From: the human T2T-CHM13v2.0 reference genome, Homo sapiens
Assembly (NCBI RefSeq): GCF_009914755.1
Contig: NC_060947.1
Length of the DNA: 64,000 nt
Direction: 5' to 3' (one strand)
Shown: positions 59,322-64,000 of the stretch, piece after piece
How positions within the stretch are numbered: position 1 is the first letter of the stretch
Layout: the number at the start of each line of letters is the position of its first letter
Notes under the pieces: generated by a model
Told to the model about the DNA's origin: nothing
The model's database searches: none
Seen by the model: the letters and a program-made list of their open reading frames with translations, nothing else
Translations under genes and position numbers: made by a program

Positions 59322-59799
59322 TGTAAACCTAAAATAATTAAAAGGCTTAGGATCTAGTTAAAAGAGTTTATTCAAGTGCAAAGTATGAGGTCAGCTATTC
59401 AGGGAGCAGAACTGCATCAAAAAATGGTGAACAGTGCTCCAGGTGTGGGAAAATGCAAAATGGAAGTGTTAAACAGAATTACAACAACTTTTCATACAAA
59501 GGCAAACAGACATAAAATTTGATTGGCTAATATTGATAATAGTCTAAGAGGCTGTTTAACATTCTGTTGTAAAGAATGAACAATCATAAACTCTCCTATT
59601 TTTAACGTTATTTAGTCTAAGTTTGAATAAAGAATAGGGAGTCTGGATAATGTATAACATCTCAACACAAATGTCAGAAAGCAATAGGTATGCACCAAAT
59701 AGGAAAAATAGCGAGTTACCTGGGTTCACTTTTAGGGCTTAACTTTTCCCTGTGGCATAGTAAATTTGCAAGGTCCTAAAATTTTATTTTTGTGTTACA
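59322..59799 (-). mobile_element. 5' LTR (MER83/MER84-like)
   Basis: TG...CA termini; minus-strand start TGTAACACAAAAATAAAATTTTAGGACC; AATAAA on the minus strand at ~59367-59372. Confidence 0.85.
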
Positions 59800-59910
59800 T
59801 AATTGAAGATCTAATAAAATCCAGTGCTTTAAGCTCTTTCTTTCTTCTTTATCTTAGCATTTTAAATCTTCTGAAAAGTAATAATGACATTAGCAATCTT
59901 AACACTATAT

Positions 59911-60036
59911 ATATTTTTACAGACAGGGTCTTGCTATGTTGGCCAGGGTAGTCTCGAAAGCCTGGCCTTAAGCAATCCTCCTGCCTTGGCCTACACGAAG
60001 TGCTGGGCTTATAGGTGTGAGGTACCATGCCCAGCC
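59911..60036 (-). mobile_element. FLAM/AluJ left monomer
   Basis: GACAGGGTCTTGCTATGTTGGCCAGG...AAGCAATCCTCCTGCC...CATGCCCAGCC. Confidence 0.85.
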
Positions 60037-60289
60037 TTTATTTTGTTATACAAAATCAAGTAGGTAACGTTATTTATTTTTATTATAAAATTAGTGCCAC
60101 ATTTTGAAAACTTTTGGAAATAAAATGTATAGCTAAATCACTTATTAATTGCTGCATTAAAATATTGCACCACAATTTAAGAGTTTAAAACAATACTAAA
60201 TATTTTATTTCACATGGTTTCATGAGTTAGGTATTTAGGAATGGTTTAACTGGGTAATAATGGCTCAGGACGTCTTATGAAGTTGCAGT

Positions 60290-60795
60290 TGAAGGGAAAA
60301 ACTACTTCCCTCCCAGAATACCATAAAGACTACTTTTAACTGAAAACTTTTGGACCAATAGCAGCTGCAAAAATGGCCTCATCTGAATGTCCTTTTGATT
60401 GATGATTAAAGCGGTGTTTTCCAAGAATTCAACTGCCATAAATCCTCCTCAAAGGGAGGTTCAAGAAGGAAGGAGACTGCCCATTAGCACTGGGATAAGA
60501 AATTTGATAAAGCAGCCCAATAGACCCTCCCATACTTTCCTTTTGAAGCCCTAACCACTTCCCCACTGCTCCCCCGCCAACACACACACACTTTTGTTAA
60601 GCTTCTGTATAAATCCCTACCTCTGACTCTCTGGGGAACCAGTCCTTTTAAAGTGTTCACACCTGCATGTGAAATAAGCTTTCTCTTGTTAATCTGTCTC
60701 TTGTCAATTAATTTGCAGCTTCCCCACTCCCTACTCACTCTACTCTCCCTTAACCACTAGGACCTATGTTGCTTGAAAAAAAAATTCTCCCAACA
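60290..60795 (+). mobile_element. ERV1-class solo LTR, family not identified
   Basis: TG...CA termini, TATAAA at ~60608, 4-bp TSD CAGT. Confidence 0.75.
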
Positions 60796-61156
60796 CAGTC
60801 AAAATGTCAAGTGGTAAGAGAGTCATCTGAAAACTTGACTAGGATTCAAGGATCTGAGTCCAAGGCTCATGAACATGGCTGGCAGGTCTGTTTTGAATAC
60901 TGGCAGAAGACCTCAATTTTTCTCATCATGTAGAGCTTTATAGGGCTACATGAGTATCTTTATGGATATGATGACTGGCTTCTCCTAGAGTGAGTGATCA
61001 GTAAGTAACAAAAGAGAACATACAGTATTTTTTATAACCTAACCTTAGAACTCACAAACTGTTATTTCTGCAGAACACTGTTAGTTGCACAAGTAAGCCC
61101 TATTCCATGTGAAAAGGGACTATATATGGAATATACAACAGGAGGCAATAACCGCT

Positions 61157-61936
61157 TGTGATGGTTAATACTGTCAACTTGATTGGATTGAAGGATACAA
61201 AGTATTAATCCTGGGTGTGTCTGTGAGGGTGTTGCCAAAACAGATTAACATTTGAGTCAGTGGGCTGGGCAGATCCACCTTTAATCTAGTGGACACAATC
61301 TAATCCGCTGCCAGGAAATACAAAGCAGGCAGAAAAACGTGAAAAGGGGAGACTGGCCTAGCCTCCCAGCCTACATCTTTCTCCCGTGCTGGATGCTTCC
61401 TGCCTTCGAACATCAGACTCCAAGTTCTTCAGTTTGGGACCTTGGACCAGGCTCTCCTTGCCTGGCAGCTTGAAGACAGCCTATTGTGGGACCTTGTGAT
61501 TGTGTAAGTTAATACTTCAAAAGCTCCCTTTCAGATATATACATATATTTTATATATATATAATATATATATATATAATATATATATAATATATATCTCA
61601 ATATATATAATAGGATATATATAATATATAATAGGATATATATATTATATATAATAGGATATATATATTATATATAATAGGATATATATAATATATAATA
61701 GGATATATATATTATATATAATAGGATATATATAATATATAATAGGATATATATATTATATATATAATAGGATATATAATATATAATAGGATATATATAT
61801 ATTATATATAATAGGATATATATATTATATATATAATAGGATATATATATAAAATAAGATATATCTATATATAAAATAGGAGATATATATATCTATCCTA
61901 TTAGTTCTGGCCCTCTAGAGACCCCTGACTAATATG
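61157..61936 (+). mobile_element. MLT2A (A2-like) ERVL solo LTR
   Basis: TGTGATGGTTAATACTGTCAACTTGATTGGATTGAAGGATACAAAG...; TSD CCGCT/CCACT. Confidence 0.92.
61533..61897. repeat. AT-rich minisatellite, unit ~ TAATAGGATATATATATTATATA
   Basis: 11 copies of TAATAGGATA plus degenerate units. Confidence 0.92.
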
Positions 61937-62449
61937 CCACTAGAGGCCATTTTGGAGTCTAGCTACCACAATGATTCTTCTTTTCTATTTATTGGAAATC
62001 CCATGGTAAATACAATTTTGAATTTTACTTTTTAAGTTAACATTATACATAAAGGTATTTCTATTTGTTATTACATCATCATAATCATGCTTTTTAATGA
62101 CTTCTTCATACTACACCATCAGAATTTAATTAGCAATTTCACTATTTTTGACAATTAGTCTAGTTCTGAAATTTATTTTTTATTGAAGTACCTAGCATTT
62201 TTTCATAAAATTAGGCCCATAAAAAGAACTGCACATTTTGTTTTGACAAACACATAGTGTTCCTATGACTGTAGCTTGTTTAGACTTGATTGATGCAGCT
62301 GGTCCAATTCCTTCCTTAAAGAAATATTTATGAGAAGTATTTTTGTGTGCCTGAAAGCTCATTGTGCTGTGTGGATACGACACAAGGAAATGGACTGACC
62401 AAATTATTTAGCCACATCTTTAGTCATTAAGAACCTGAAAATATGAAAG

Positions 62450-62980
62450 AGCCATGCTTAAAACCTTTGTAGGATCTCCATTCACTACAGATTAATGCCA
62501 AACAAATATGACGTTGAAGTCCTGTTACACATTTTCCCCTGTCTCCCTTACCTCTTCAATCTCCTCTTTCACATAATACTACATTTTATACAAACTCCAT
62601 CCATAGGAGGTTTTCAGGCCTCAAATATGCCAAACTCTTTCACCTAGGCATGTCTTTGTTCATGTTGCTCCTAAATCTTGGAATGCCCTCATGCACCTCC
62701 AATAACACCTCTCCCATTAACTTGGCAAAGTGGCTTTCAAGACTCCATATGAAGTTTCTCTAAGCTGTCTTCTCCAGATAGAATAAAAAAATCCTTCCTT
62801 TGTGTTCTCTTGTTTCTTTTCTTTAAGAAATCCTATCATAGGACCTGGAACCTTTCATTATACCTGTTTTTAAGTTCATTGAAGGCAACAATTTTAAAAT
62901 ACATAATAAATTGTATTCTAAGTGCCTCCCATGTTGAGACATAAGTGCTTAGCACATAGCAGTAACACAATAAAAGATAA
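62450..62980 (+). mobile_element. L2 3' region
   Basis: TGCTTAAAACCTTT...TTGGAATGCCCTC...AGTGCTTAGCACATAGCAG..CAATAAA. Confidence 0.7.
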
Positions 62981-63104
62981 GATTAATGGTCTTTGGAAAT
63001 ATTCAGCTTCCATTTTCTACTTTCTGTATGAAAGATTCTATAACAGCTTATTGTTATTTTTCAAGACTACTGCATAAGGAGATTTTAGAAGCCTCCTGGT
63101 TTTA

Positions 63105-64000
63105 TAATCAACAAATATTTATTGAGCAGCTATTTTATACCAAGCATTGTTCTGGGTGTGATCATGGAGTAACACTGAGGCAAGTGTAACTGCTGCTGAG
63201 TGAGCAAGGAGAAGAATATGAGGCCATGAGAATAGAGAGAAAACTGGCGGCCTATTTTAAAGACCTTGTTCTTTACTGATAAGGAGCAGTGAAGTAATAC
63301 CTTCCAGAAGGATTCCTCTGGATGTCGTATGGAGATTAAGGTATAGGAAGTTGAGGAATTGCTATTGTTTAAATATGATTTACTCCCACTAAAACTCACG
63401 TTGAGACTTGTTTCCCAATGTGGCTATGATGAGAGGCAGTGTCTCTAAGAAATTATTAGATCATTATGAGGAATTAATGCCTTTCTCAAGGGAGTGAGTT
63501 CTTGCTTTCAAAATAGCAGATTAGTTACTAAGAGAGTGGATTGTTATGAAACAAAACTGCCTCTCATCTTTGATCTCTGCACATCCCTGCTCCCCCTTCT
63601 GCTTCTGCACTGTTGTGATGCAGCATGTGGCTCTCACCAGAAGCCAGCCAGATGAGCTGTCCAATCTTGGACCTCCTAACCTCCAGAATCATGAGCTAAA
63701 TACACATCTTTCCTTTATAAATCACCAAGTCTCAGGTATCCTGTTATAGCAACAGAAAGCAAAGATAGGGATTAAACAGAAAGACCATTCAGAAGGCTAC
63801 TGAAATGATCAAAATAAAAATTGTTGGTGGCTTAAACCAGGTATAAGTGCTGAATGTGGGAAAAGTTGTCATATTTAGGATACAGTGTGAAGGTAAAGCT
63901 AACAGTGACGTATTTTGTATCAAGTATAAGAGAGAGACAAATCAAACATGAGTCTATGGTTTATGGTTTAAGAAACTGGAAAAATAAAGTTGTAATTTAC
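63105..64000 (-). mobile_element. L2 fragments interrupted by an MST
   Basis: TCAACAAATATTTATTGAGCA; GAAAGACCATTCAGAAGGCTACTG...GGTGGCTTAAACCAGG. Confidence 0.7.
63360..63758 (+). mobile_element. MSTC/MSTD-like LTR
   Basis: TGCTATTGTTTAAATATG...AAAACTCACGTTGA...CTCAGGTATCCTGTTATAGCAACAGAAA. Confidence 0.8.

Larger units (their letters stand above)
60140..61970 (-). mobile_element. MLT1(F-H)-type LTR split by two younger LTRs
   Basis: Pieces at 60140-60289, 60796-61156 and 61937-61970, ending TAGCTACCACA. Confidence 0.75.

Noticed and set aside
61533-61897. CRISPR-like repeat-spacer array
   Set aside because: The spacers are only (TA)n variants, there are no cas genes, and the context is a eukaryotic LTR

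Overview
AT-rich, CpG-poor primate (human-like) genomic DNA. By my rough tally about 90% is transposable-element sequence. I found no intact host protein-coding gene, RNA gene or CRISPR array, and the ORFs I could assign come from decayed LINE-1, ERV, MaLR or Alu sequence. Left to right: a dead L1PA4/5-type LINE-1 sitting inside an older L1; a full-length L1MA1-3-type element carrying nested L1PA insertions, one with a clear 3' transduction; a short, partly unique interval with candidate decayed exons; a MER34-type ERV1 provirus with a chimeric 5' LTR that appears to have split an even older ERV pol gene and is itself filled by an inverted L1MA, THE1 and MST; MaLR elements and an env remnant; an 18-kb minus-strand ERV1 provirus (gag/pol/env remnants, paired LTRs) with several levels of nested L1, MST and Alu; and finally MLT1, MLT2A (with an expanded inverted AT minisatellite) and L2. 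Subfamily names come from recalled diagnostic motifs and need RepeatMasker/Dfam confirmation. I see no evidence for a novel multi-gene system. The most notable signals are the L1 3' transduction, the split ancient provirus, the exon-like cluster and several short templated or fold-back repair scars.
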